DNA of 64,000 bases from Candidatus Latescibacterota bacterium (GTDB lineage: Bacteria > Latescibacterota > UBA2968 > UBA8231). Below are positions 47,369 through 57,069 of this stretch, one piece after another. The stretch is taken from contig OZ241867.1 in NCBI GenBank assembly GCA_965203175.1, forward strand, positions 5,024,001 to 5,088,000, given 5' to 3'. A program made the position numbers and the translations under genes. Every line of letters begins with the position of its first letter. Within the stretch, counting starts at the first letter, position 1. The notes below the pieces were generated by a model, which saw only the letters and a list, made by a program, of their open reading frames with translations, was not told where the DNA came from and ran no database searches.

Positions 47369-48241
47369 CTACTCTTGGCGCACCAACCGGGCTCCGGTGC
47401 CGGCATTGCGGCTAGTCGGGTCACCACCCGAGCGATTGGCCGACCGCAAGACGTGGCCGTAATTGCCAAAGGCCCCGCCGCGACCGACGCGCAAAAAACC
47501 CTTGGCCGGCCCCTTGGGATCAACCTCGGGCGAATTGCTGTAAGGCTCGTTCGAGTACCAATCCTGGACCCACTCCCACACATTCCCGTGCATGTCGTGC
47601 AGGCCCCATGGATTGGGCAGCTTGGTGCCCACGGCGTGGCCGTAGCGCTCGTCCACCTCCCAAGTGTTGTCCGCGTACCAAGCGTACTTTGGCAAAGCGC
47701 TATCGTCCTCCCCAAAGGACCACGGCGTCGCAGTGCCAGCGCGGCAGGCGTACTCCCACTCCGCGGCCGTGGGCAGGCGGTACACTTCCGCGCCAGCCAT
47801 CCGGTTGAGACGACGTGCGAATTCCTGCACATCTTCCCACGAGATGTACACGGCCGGATGGTGCGGATTTTCCTCGACATGGCTCTTCCCCACCCACGGC
47901 TGCGAGTGCATGACACTGGTCCACTGAGCCTGCGTGATCTCGTATTTCCCTATGTAGAAGCCCCGGCTGATGGTAACCCGGTGCTGCGGGCCTTCGTTCT
48001 GATCTCGTCCGGGTTCGTCGGCGGGCGAACCCATGAGGAAACTACCCCGGCCGATCCACACCATGTCCATGGTCGCACCGCCGGGTAGTTCCACGGCGAT
48101 GGCTTGACCCGTGGGCCGCCGCACCTCTTGGATGTATCCGGTTATTCCGGGCGCAAAAAAATATAAAGCTCCAGCTAGTGCGCCCAAAATCGCCAAGACC
48201 AAGAGGCCAAGCACTCTTCTTGACAGGCGAAAAGTGAGCAT
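47369..48241 (-). CDS. Formylglycine-generating-enzyme (SUMF1) domain protein, membrane-anchored
   Basis: FLMGS, YEITQAQW, RLPTAAEWEYACRAG, NPWGLHDMHGNVWEW, RGGAF. Confidence 0.92.
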   Translation of the reverse strand: MLTFRLSRRVLGLLVLAILGALAGALYFFAPGITGYIQEVRRPTGQAIAVELPGGATMDMVWIGRGSFLMGSPADEPGRDQNEGPQHRVTISRGFYIGKYEITQAQWTSVMHSQPWVGKSHVEENPHHPAVYISWEDVQEFARRLNRMAGAEVYRLPTAAEWEYACRAGTATPWSFGEDDSALPKYAWYADNTWEVDERYGHAVGTKLPNPWGLHDMHGNVWEWVQDWYSNEPYSNSPEVDPKGPAKGFLRVGRGGAFGNYGHVLRSANRSGGDPTSRNAGTGARLVRQE

Positions 48242-48254
48242 CTATATCTCAGAA

Positions 48255-50471
48255 ATGAATGTCCACCTAGTAAAAGTACGTCTCTACACTGTCGCCACCT
48301 CTATAGTCCTAGCGGCCTGCAATATCTCGTCCTCTCCGCCGCAGCAAGGGCCTGGCACAAAGCGCATGGCCTCCCGCCTCGAAGAAATCGCCCGCAACCT
48401 CAACCCCGCCACAAATACCTACATCAATGATGCAAGAGTCGAGTACTTGCGCCAGCTCGACCTGCCCGCCGACCCGGTTGACAGAATGCGCCTACAGGTG
48501 CATCTGGCGCGCGAATTCCTGCGCGCCGGCCACAGCCAAGAGGCCATCGACCGCTTTGTACACCTAAAACAACAACTCGGCACAACCAAGACCAAACCCA
48601 GCGTGCGCAAACTCCTCGCCCTATCCTATCTCCGCTTAGGCGAACAGGAAAATTGCCTGCAACAGCACACGAGCGAATCGTGCCTCTTTCCCATCGGCCC
48701 GGCCGGGGTGCACCACAACCAGCGGGGAGCACGGGCCGCACTTGAAGAATTCACCGCTATCCTACAGGACGACCCCGGCGAAATGACGGCCCGCTGGCTC
48801 CTCAATATCGCGTACATGGTCCTAGGTGAATATCCCGACTCTGTGCCGTCGCAATGGCTCATTCCCCCAACGGCCTTTGCCTCCGACGGCGACATCGGGC
48901 ACTTTGGCGACGTCGCTTCGCAACTGGGGCTGGACGTGGTATCGCTGGCGGGAGGCAGCATCGTCGAGGACTTTGACCGCGACGGCTATCTGGACATCAT
49001 GGCCTCATCTTGGGGCCTCCGCGATCAACTCCGCTACTTTCGCAACCGGGGCGACGGCACCTTTGACGATATCACCGCAGAGGCCGGCTTGAACGGTGTC
49101 GTCGGCGGCCTGCAAATCGTCCACGCCGACTACGACAACAACGGCTTTGCCGATGTGCTCATCCTGCGCGGGGCCTGGTGGGAAGAAGACGGCCGGCACC
49201 CCAACTCGCTGCTGCACAACTACGGCAACCGCTTTTTCGACGATGTCACCGAAGAAGCCGGCTTGCTCGCCTTTCATCCCACCCAGACGGCTGCCTGGGG
49301 CGACTACGACAACGACGGCTGGGTCGATCTGTACATTGGCAACGAATCTTTTCGCCATAATATTCACCCCTGCCAACTCTTTCACAACCAAGCCGACGGC
49401 ACGTTCGCCGATGTGGCGCAAGAAGCAGGCGTTGCGGTCTCGGGTTACGTCAAGGGCGTCGTCTGGGGCGACTACAACAACGACGGCCAACTCGACCTGT
49501 ACATTTCGCGGCTCACCGCTCCCAATCTCCTCTTCAGGAACGAGGGCGAAAATACATCCGGCCAGTGGACCTTTGCCGACGCGACCGCCCAAGCCGGGGT
49601 AGCTGAACCCGTCTGGAGCTTTCCGACTTGGTTTTGGGACTACGACAACGATGGCTGGCTCGACCTATTCGTCTCCGGGTATCACGCCAATGCCGGTGAT
49701 ATAGCGGCTGAATACTTAGGTCTGCCCCACGGTGCCGAGTATCCCCGCCTGTACCACAACCAAGCCGACGGCACGTTCGCCGATATGACCCTCCAAGTCG
49801 GGCTCGACAAGGTACTCTACACTATGGGGTGCAATTTCGGCGACCTCGACAACGACGGCTGGCCCGACTTTTACGCGGGTACGGGTTCACCTTCGTTCCG
49901 CTCGATCATGCCCAATCGCATGTTCCGCAACGCCGAGGGCCAATCGTTCCAAGAAGTCACTACCTCGGGTGGGTTCGGACACCTGCAGAAAGGCCACGGC
50001 GTGGCCTTTGGCGATCTCGACAACGACGGCGATCAGGACATCTACGCGGTCATAGGAGGCTCCTATACCGGGGATCTGTCCCACAATGTCCTCTTTGAGA
50101 ATCCCGGACACGGCAACCACTGGCTCACCCTCCAATTGGAAGGCGTGCGCTCCAACCGCGCCGCTATTGGGACCCACATCCAAGTCGGGGTACACACCGC
50201 AAGCGGCCGTCGCGACATCTATGCCACAGTGACGGCCGGAGCCAGTTTTGGCGGTTCGAGCTTACAGCAGGAAATTGGCCTAGGCCAGGCGATGGCCATC
50301 GAGTCAGTCGCAGTCACCTGGCCGGCTTCTGGCGAGACGCAGCTTTTCACCGGCTTGGCCATGGATCGGGCCTATAAAATCCGCGAAGGGGATCCGGTCC
50401 CAACCCCCGTCGAACTGCAAGCCTTTGACCTGTCGCCCGCTGGCCGAACCGGGCGCGCTCACCATCCTTAA
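48255..50471 (+). CDS. CRTAC1-like lipoprotein with N-terminal TPR-like region, FG-GAP repeats and ASPIC/UnbV
   Basis: ATG at 48255, lipobox LAAC, LRLGEQENC, DYDNDG repeats, GHLQKGHG, SNRAAIG. Confidence 0.9.
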   Translation: MNVHLVKVRLYTVATSIVLAACNISSSPPQQGPGTKRMASRLEEIARNLNPATNTYINDARVEYLRQLDLPADPVDRMRLQVHLAREFLRAGHSQEAIDRFVHLKQQLGTTKTKPSVRKLLALSYLRLGEQENCLQQHTSESCLFPIGPAGVHHNQRGARAALEEFTAILQDDPGEMTARWLLNIAYMVLGEYPDSVPSQWLIPPTAFASDGDIGHFGDVASQLGLDVVSLAGGSIVEDFDRDGYLDIMASSWGLRDQLRYFRNRGDGTFDDITAEAGLNGVVGGLQIVHADYDNNGFADVLILRGAWWEEDGRHPNSLLHNYGNRFFDDVTEEAGLLAFHPTQTAAWGDYDNDGWVDLYIGNESFRHNIHPCQLFHNQADGTFADVAQEAGVAVSGYVKGVVWGDYNNDGQLDLYISRLTAPNLLFRNEGENTSGQWTFADATAQAGVAEPVWSFPTWFWDYDNDGWLDLFVSGYHANAGDIAAEYLGLPHGAEYPRLYHNQADGTFADMTLQVGLDKVLYTMGCNFGDLDNDGWPDFYAGTGSPSFRSIMPNRMFRNAEGQSFQEVTTSGGFGHLQKGHGVAFGDLDNDGDQDIYAVIGGSYTGDLSHNVLFENPGHGNHWLTLQLEGVRSNRAAIGTHIQVGVHTASGRRDIYATVTAGASFGGSSLQQEIGLGQAMAIESVAVTWPASGETQLFTGLAMDRAYKIREGDPVPTPVELQAFDLSPAGRTGRAHHP

Positions 50472-50491
50472 AGAGGAGGACAGATATTCTC

Positions 50492-51559
50492 ATGCGCATC
50501 ACCCGCGTCGAAACCCTAGTCGTGAGGCTACCCGGAAAAGGAGAAACCAGGGAGTGGCCCATCGTCCTCATCCACACCGATCAGGGTCTGCAAGGCATTG
50601 GCCGCGGCGGCGATCCACGGGTGATCGCCCGCGATCTGGTGCCCCTGCTCATAGGACGAGATCCGCTCAGCATTGCCCAGCTTTGGGAACAGATGTACGA
50701 AGCCGTGTGGCGCGGACCGGGCCGGTCGGCCATGTCCTCCATCGGGGCCATAGACGTGGCCTTGTGGGATCTGTGCGGCAAGATCTGCGGACAACCAGTG
50801 TGGCGGCTCTTGGGTGGGTACCGGGACAAGATCCCGGTGTACGCGGACGGAGCCGGATATCAAAATGCGCCGGATCAGTCCCCACAGGGCATAGCAACCG
50901 AGGTCAAAAAATTCATCGACCTGGGTTATGACGCCGTCAAAATCCACATGTACCGGGCTGCCAATCCCGAGGAAGTAGTAGAGCGAGTACAGCGTTCACG
51001 CGAGTTGATTGGTCCGCGCAAGAAGCTGATGATCGACGTGCACCACGCCTGGGACGGAGACGAGGCCGTGGCGACCGCCCGCCAACTCGAAGACTACCAA
51101 CTCTACTGGATTGAGGAACCAGTGCGCCAAGACGACGAGCTGTCCTATATGCGCAAAGTCCAAGAGGTCACCACGGCCTTGGTGGTCGGCGGCGAAGGCG
51201 AGGGCACCCTCCACGGTATCAGGCGCTTGCTCGAAGCAGAAGCCCTTGAGGTGGTGCAGACCGATATCCTAACCGGCGGCGGCTATACTGGGCTCAAGCG
51301 GATCGCCGCTCTGGCCCAGGCTTTTGATGTCCTCATATCTCCGCACGGGGCGCAGTACCCGGACATCAACTGCCACCTGATGGCGGCCGTGCCCAACAGT
51401 TTAATCATGTCCACCTGTCCCGAAAGCGAGAGCCACCAGATCTGGTCCCGTCTGTACAATCCCCCTCTCAAAATCGAGAACGGGCACATCGCCATGCGCG
51501 AACAGCCCGGCCTGGGCTTGGAACTAGATTGGGAGTTTGTCGAGCGTCACCGGGTCTGA
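50492..51559 (+). CDS. Mandelate racemase/muconate-lactonizing enzyme family protein
   Basis: AIDVALWDLCGK..GQPVWRLLGG, MIDV, WIEEP, GGE, SPHG, PGLGLE. Confidence 0.92.
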   Translation: MRITRVETLVVRLPGKGETREWPIVLIHTDQGLQGIGRGGDPRVIARDLVPLLIGRDPLSIAQLWEQMYEAVWRGPGRSAMSSIGAIDVALWDLCGKICGQPVWRLLGGYRDKIPVYADGAGYQNAPDQSPQGIATEVKKFIDLGYDAVKIHMYRAANPEEVVERVQRSRELIGPRKKLMIDVHHAWDGDEAVATARQLEDYQLYWIEEPVRQDDELSYMRKVQEVTTALVVGGEGEGTLHGIRRLLEAEALEVVQTDILTGGGYTGLKRIAALAQAFDVLISPHGAQYPDINCHLMAAVPNSLIMSTCPESESHQIWSRLYNPPLKIENGHIAMREQPGLGLELDWEFVERHRV

Positions 51560-52470
51560 TTGCCGTCCCGTCCCAAAACGGCCTTCACCCGTTCCAGTTC
51601 CTCCCCCACCAAGCCTGTTCCATTGGACGCTCCGGCGTTCATTTCCAACTGCTCCATTTGCTTGGCCCCGGCGATGATGGTGGACACTACTGGATAACTC
51701 AGGAGGTACTGGAGGGCGGCCTGGGCCTGGCTGCGCCCCACCCGCTCGAGGAATCGGAGGTCTTCCACTTTCCGCAAAATGATGTGGGCGTCCACCACCG
51801 CCCCCTGTTCGTGCCAGCCACTGCCCGTGAAGGCGTCGGCCGCGTACTTGCCGCTTACCAAGCCCCGGGCCAAACCCTGTTTGACCACGACGCCCACATC
51901 CCGCTCGGCCACCAACCCGAACATGGCGTCCGCCATATCGTGGTAGAGCATGTGGAAGGTGGGCTGCAGCGAGTCAATCAGATCCTGTTCCAGCAGCCAG
52001 ACACCGGCGTCGATGTGGTTGACACTGGCCCCCCAGTAGCGAATCTTGCCCTGCTCCTTCAGGCTCTGCATGGTCTCCAGCCAATTGTTCTCCTGCAAAT
52101 GATGAAGCTGTGGACTGTGCAGTTGGTACACATCGATATAATCCGTCTGCAGCCGGCGCAAACTCGCCTCTACCGCCTCTTCAATATGCCCGGGAGAAAT
52201 ATCTCGTCCCTCTCGGGGGATGACACTGCCGACCTTGGTCGCCAGAATCATCCGGTCGCGGCGTCCCTTCAGCGCCTTTCCCAATATGACCTCACTCCTC
52301 CCTTCCTGGTACACGTCCGCTGTATCGACGCAATTGATGCCCAGTTCCATGGCCCGATACACCATGGCGATGTGCTCGGACTCGGTCAGCTCCTGCCGGC
52401 CCAGCATATTGGTACCATAGCCGATTTCGGACACCTTTAGTTCAGTCCTGCCCAATCTTCGGTAGTGCAT
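51547..52470 (-). CDS. Aldo/keto reductase
   Basis: LGRTELKVSEIG, DTADVY, SLRRLQTDYID..QLH. ATG at 52470 with GAGGTG SD. Confidence 0.93.
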   Translation of the reverse strand: MHYRRLGRTELKVSEIGYGTNMLGRQELTESEHIAMVYRAMELGINCVDTADVYQEGRSEVILGKALKGRRDRMILATKVGSVIPREGRDISPGHIEEAVEASLRRLQTDYIDVYQLHSPQLHHLQENNWLETMQSLKEQGKIRYWGASVNHIDAGVWLLEQDLIDSLQPTFHMLYHDMADAMFGLVAERDVGVVVKQGLARGLVSGKYAADAFTGSGWHEQGAVVDAHIILRKVEDLRFLERVGRSQAQAALQYLLSYPVVSTIIAGAKQMEQLEMNAGASNGTGLVGEELERVKAVLGRDGNQTR

Positions 52471-52481
52471 ATTCACCTCGC

Positions 52482-54443
52482 TCAGAAATAGACTAGAATA
52501 TTTCCCTGCATACCCGTCGAACTATCAATTAGAAACCACGCACCGCCCGCAGCCACATTGCCCAGAACCAATCCTAGGAAAAATGGCTGAATTCGTCTGT
52601 ACAATCCAGGCCCCCCGTACTTCAAAACCATGCTCTTGAAGAACCACACCAAGAAGACGCTCACCCAGATCTGGTTCGTAACCCAAGTTGTGGCGATGGG
52701 AAAGCCGACCGGATGCAGCGGCCACCACAAAAAGTAGTGCCGCGCCAGCATCAGCAACACCATGACCCCGCCACCCACGGCCACGTAAAACCACCCCTCC
52801 CAGTTCACCGCCATCGGGTTGGCGATCCATCCCGCTACATCTTGAAAGGGCTTTTGCGACCCCACGAAGAAGTACTGGTTCAGGTTGATGCCGCCGTAGG
52901 TATAAGCCTGGCGGAGGAGGTACCAGGTCGAGCCGACCAAACTGATGACCACGGCCCATACCATCGCCCAGAACAGCCGCGCTCCACCACCCTGCGCGTG
53001 CAGTTCCCCGTCTAGCTTTAGCCCGTTGGCGCACGCGGCCATGGCGAAAATGCGCACCTTCAAAATCCACGCGTACGTCATGCCCAGCGCCGCCAAGCCC
53101 TCCGCGCCGATAGCCGTGGTTCCCACCGTGGAAGTCATAAAGGCCTGTGGATAAATCGGCGCCCGGATGGTCGCCAAGCCCGCCTCAGCCACAAAGCGGC
53201 TCAACCCCACGAATAGGACGAAGACCACGAACAAAAACCAAGGCACCAACCAACCCGGCAGTCCCGACAGGGTCAGCCACACGCCTAGGATAGCCAAGCC
53301 GATAATCGTCCCAAACACCGCGGTGCGATAGGAGAGCATTTCCCCAGAATCGTCCACTGTCGCGTCCCCTAGAAAAGCTTTGCGACACACGGCCCGCAGG
53401 TGATTGCGTCCCACCCATAGACTAAAGAGCACAAAGGCAATCAGGGCACCCATGCCCTCGTGGGCGGCAATCGCCTCCGAAGTGGCGTACCCGGTCAGTC
53501 GCTCTGTCATGGCAATGCCCAGGACGCTGAAAAGGCCCTGTTGAGCTGTGGTCAAAAGAAAAAAGACCCAGATGCTCAGGAGCACTTGCAGGTTGACGAA
53601 ATAAGCAAACCCCAAGGTCATAAAGCTGAGGGCGAGGCGCAGGCTCACTTGGTCGCGGAGCACGGGGATACTGGTGTCGAGGACTATCGCGGGGATGAAA
53701 TTGTAATAGCTGTGCAGAGCGTCGAGACTCAGCAGTGCGAATGGTATAGAAAACCCCAGCCACATGATGGGATTGCGGAAAAACGGCCGCATCAGCGAGC
53801 CGTCCTCCGCGATCATCTCCAAGGGCAGCTTCACCAGCGGATATACCAAGCGCTCGTGGTCGATCCACTGCCGCCGCAGAATGACCATCGTACACACCAT
53901 CACGAAACACAAGGTCAAAAAGAACAGCGCCCAGTAGCACAGCGGTTGTATCCACGCTCCCCACGGAATGGAGGCCCCGGCTGGCGCGCCCTCGAAAAAG
54001 TGCTGCACAGCCTCGCCATCTAACGGCGCGATCCACCCCTTCATGTACGGGTGGATCAGGTCCACCCAGTCGTTCTCGGGCGTGGCGTAGTAGAACACAC
54101 TGGCGATTTTGGGCACCATGTGCTCGACATAGCCCTCTGTCGGCACGGTAGCCGCCATCATCGCCATGATGAAGACGATCCCCATCTCGGCGCGGCTCAA
54201 CATCAGCCGTCGATGGACCAGACCGAGGAGGGGATTGACCAGACCTGCGAAGAGCGCAAAGACGAAAAAGGCGATGGGCACGCTGATATTGAGGGCCATC
54301 CACGAGGCGTTGATAAAGGTCGAGTGCAGCGCGCCGATCGCAGCACCCAGCGAGAGGACGCAGCCCCAAAAAAATGCCTTGCAACTCAGACCGGAGGATG
54401 CAGTTGGCGGTTTGGAATCCCGAGGCACCGGCTGCTGGCTCAT
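52482..54443 (-). CDS. DUF6785/DUF6784-type polytopic membrane protein, copy 2
   Basis: ATG at 54443. Close paralogue of 42206-44149 with the same motifs. Confidence 0.8.
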   Translation of the reverse strand: MSQQPVPRDSKPPTASSGLSCKAFFWGCVLSLGAAIGALHSTFINASWMALNISVPIAFFVFALFAGLVNPLLGLVHRRLMLSRAEMGIVFIMAMMAATVPTEGYVEHMVPKIASVFYYATPENDWVDLIHPYMKGWIAPLDGEAVQHFFEGAPAGASIPWGAWIQPLCYWALFFLTLCFVMVCTMVILRRQWIDHERLVYPLVKLPLEMIAEDGSLMRPFFRNPIMWLGFSIPFALLSLDALHSYYNFIPAIVLDTSIPVLRDQVSLRLALSFMTLGFAYFVNLQVLLSIWVFFLLTTAQQGLFSVLGIAMTERLTGYATSEAIAAHEGMGALIAFVLFSLWVGRNHLRAVCRKAFLGDATVDDSGEMLSYRTAVFGTIIGLAILGVWLTLSGLPGWLVPWFLFVVFVLFVGLSRFVAEAGLATIRAPIYPQAFMTSTVGTTAIGAEGLAALGMTYAWILKVRIFAMAACANGLKLDGELHAQGGGARLFWAMVWAVVISLVGSTWYLLRQAYTYGGINLNQYFFVGSQKPFQDVAGWIANPMAVNWEGWFYVAVGGGVMVLLMLARHYFLWWPLHPVGFPIATTWVTNQIWVSVFLVWFFKSMVLKYGGPGLYRRIQPFFLGLVLGNVAAGGAWFLIDSSTGMQGNILVYF

Positions 54444-54453
54444 CGCATGGACC

Positions 54454-55221
54454 TCAGTTTTTAATGGGTTCTCGCTCTCCGCGGGGGTAGTAATAGCCAA
54501 TCTCGCGGTCAAAGGCGTACTCGATGTCGATCATTTCGATCGGTTCATCGCGGAAGTTAAAACGCAGGGCTATATCGCCGAGGCGCAGGCGCACTTTGCG
54601 GACCTCTGGATGGAGGTCTGCAAAGGCGAGGAAGCCTTCGACCTCCTGTCCGCTGAAGACCACCCCGCCAGGGTACAGCGTTCTGCTCAGCAAATCCTTC
54701 CGGCCTTGGAAAGTGGTGTAGAGTTGGCCGACATAACCGGTGATGTACTTGCGGTAGTACTCCTCCATATCGGTCTGGCTCAGCACTGGATAGCGGCGGC
54801 CGTTATCGCTGATGATACCGCTCTTTGCCGGATCGATCAGGATTTTCGGGTACTGATAGTTCTTGACTTTGAGCTGGAAGACGGTAAAGCGCCGGGGCGT
54901 CGTGCCCGTGGAGGGGTCGCGCCAATTGCCAAAGGTATAGGGGTTGGTCGATTCCGTGCCCTGGAGGGATTGAGCGGGGAACAGCCTGTTCAGTTCGCCG
55001 TCGGAAAACGGCCGCACCGATATCTCCAGCCGATCGGCCACATAGGTGACCGTCCCATCGTCGCTGACGATCATCCCAGCAGCTTGGCCCTCTTCATCGA
55101 GAGGACGCAGCGGGTCGGCGTAGTATTGATAGCCGTACCTACAGCTAGCAAGACCCAGCGCTAGGACGAGAATACACGCCCATCGTCTATAGCCAAAAGA
55201 AATCAAAGCGCGCATCGGCAA
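54454..55221 (-). CDS. Uncharacterised lipoprotein
   Basis: Lipobox LASC. STNPYTFGNW, FTVFQLKVKNYQYPK. Co-oriented and tightly spaced in the operon. Confidence 0.8.
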   Translation of the reverse strand: MPMRALISFGYRRWACILVLALGLASCRYGYQYYADPLRPLDEEGQAAGMIVSDDGTVTYVADRLEISVRPFSDGELNRLFPAQSLQGTESTNPYTFGNWRDPSTGTTPRRFTVFQLKVKNYQYPKILIDPAKSGIISDNGRRYPVLSQTDMEEYYRKYITGYVGQLYTTFQGRKDLLSRTLYPGGVVFSGQEVEGFLAFADLHPEVRKVRLRLGDIALRFNFRDEPIEMIDIEYAFDREIGYYYPRGEREPIKN

Positions 55222-55230
55222 TGCCTTTTT

Positions 55231-57069
55231 CTAGTATGCTACGGCCACCGCGCCACCGCGAACCTGCGCGCCGACGGCGGCGTCCATTAAAACCCGATAA
55301 ATGTACACCCCCGGTGGTACTAGTCGCCCCGCCCCATCCCTACCGTCCCAGACTACGCGGCCGAAACCGCTGGACTGGGACATCGCTTGGCTCCAGACGA
55401 GACGGCCGGAGAGGTCATGGACTGCGAGTTCAACAGGAACGGGTACCGTGGCCTGGAACAGGTTATACGTGAACTCCGCCCAATCGTTCACGCCATCCCC
55501 GTTGGGCGTAAAGGGATTGGGATGGATCTTCACCTCAGCCAGCAACTCCCCCTGCTCCTTTGGGGAAAACCCGACGAGCAAATCCTCTGAATTGAGGTCA
55601 ATGTGCACATCGCCGGGAACAATTGGCTGGGGCATCTCGTCGCGTTTGCTGTTGAAAACTCGGCCCTCAAAGCGCGTGCCCGAGACAAAAACGCGGCAGT
55701 CGAAATCGACTTCGATTAGGATCGCATCCCGGTCGATCAAGCGCTCGGGAAAAGAGACGCGCAGGCGGTTTTCCTCCACTTCGGCGATAAAATCGTCCGA
55801 GCTTATGCCAGCGATCCGCACCTCTTGCACCACCGCGGCAGTAGGTGTGGCGATCTCCACTCCGTCGAAACCGGGGTCTCCAGGATCCACGCGCGGCCTC
55901 AGCGCATAGGTGAAGCGCACTAGTTCGCCCGGGGAGACGAGCGCGGGCCAGATCTCGCCGGCGACCTGCTCGACCAAAGGCGGAGAAAACTCAACCGAGA
56001 GGGAATCAATGCGGGAACGCGACAGCGGCAGCGCGCTGGCAAAGTCGATCTCAAACTGGAAATAGCGAGCAGGTTTGGGGGCGACCAAGGGTTCCCTCCC
56101 AGTGGACGGATAGGGCGCAGACCACGGAGTCCAATTTTCCGTATCGGCTACAATAGGGCCCCTCGCCTTGGGGTGCAGCGCGTCGTATGCGCTGCGCGAT
56201 ACGGCCTGTTGGCCGTTTTGTCCTATGCCCGTAAAGCTGAGGTAGATATTCGGATCGGGCGTCGAGCCGCTTCGCGTGCGAATCTGCAGGGCACTGCCGG
56301 GATCGTCCACCGCATCCCAAGTCATAGCCCCCAGAACGACCGGCTCGCCAAAGTCGATGATGTCGGATGTAAAGGTGGCTGAGGAGGCATATCCCCTGCC
56401 CCAGACCTCCACCTCGCTGAGTTGCCAGAGACGAGCACTGGGCAAGCTGATCGTATCGGACAGAGCCACATAGCGCACCAAGCGCGGCGGAATTTCGATG
56501 TGCGCTGTATCTCCCTCGGTCTGCTCCACCTCGGCTACCAGCTCCCACTCGCGCACGAACCAGTGCCAGTTTCTCTGCCTTTGGGGAAAGGCAACGGGCT
56601 GCTTGCCGTCTTGGATGAAAACTTGGAACCCTTCGATAAAGCGGAACTCAAGTCCTTCGACCGCCGAAAAACCAATGCGATCTACGCCGAATGGTGCCCC
56701 CAAATCGACGACTAGGACAACGGCGAAAAAGGGGTCGTTCTCGCGCGTATTGACGATATCGAGTTCGATGGGGGGCCAGCCACTCAAACGGTCGCCGTCC
56801 ACTACATTTTTCAGGCTCTCGAATTTCCGCCAAGTGTAGTTGGTCAGCACCCGCGCCGAGTCCAACTGGCGCAGGTTGAGGGCTAGGTTCTCGCCCGACA
56901 CTTCGAGCGGCTCTAGCCAGCCGGAACTCTGCTCGTCGCTCAACAACTCCAAGGTGCCGACGGTATTCCAGGGACGTTCCTGCCCGCCGACTGTCCAGAG
57001 GTCCACGGCTGTAGCCCGTACCCAAAGGCCCAAGACGAGGAACAGAGTAGCAGTGCGTCTTCTGGCCAT
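55231..57069 (-). CDS. Secreted discoidin-like protein with FlgD-Ig/CHU_C-like module (type A)
   Basis: Signal peptide. WTVGG..RPW, VDLGAPF, RTRSGSTPDPNIY, PNPFTPNGDGVND. Ends VAY. Confidence 0.87.
   Translation of the reverse strand: MARRRTATLFLVLGLWVRATAVDLWTVGGQERPWNTVGTLELLSDEQSSGWLEPLEVSGENLALNLRQLDSARVLTNYTWRKFESLKNVVDGDRLSGWPPIELDIVNTRENDPFFAVVLVVDLGAPFGVDRIGFSAVEGLEFRFIEGFQVFIQDGKQPVAFPQRQRNWHWFVREWELVAEVEQTEGDTAHIEIPPRLVRYVALSDTISLPSARLWQLSEVEVWGRGYASSATFTSDIIDFGEPVVLGAMTWDAVDDPGSALQIRTRSGSTPDPNIYLSFTGIGQNGQQAVSRSAYDALHPKARGPIVADTENWTPWSAPYPSTGREPLVAPKPARYFQFEIDFASALPLSRSRIDSLSVEFSPPLVEQVAGEIWPALVSPGELVRFTYALRPRVDPGDPGFDGVEIATPTAAVVQEVRIAGISSDDFIAEVEENRLRVSFPERLIDRDAILIEVDFDCRVFVSGTRFEGRVFNSKRDEMPQPIVPGDVHIDLNSEDLLVGFSPKEQGELLAEVKIHPNPFTPNGDGVNDWAEFTYNLFQATVPVPVELAVHDLSGRLVWSQAMSQSSGFGRVVWDGRDGAGRLVPPGVYIYRVLMDAAVGAQVRGGAVAVAY

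Noticed and set aside
47369-47500. FGE/C-type-lectin-fold C-terminus as a possible diversity-generating retroelement target
   Set aside because: I saw no reverse transcriptase and no template-repeat copy in the window.
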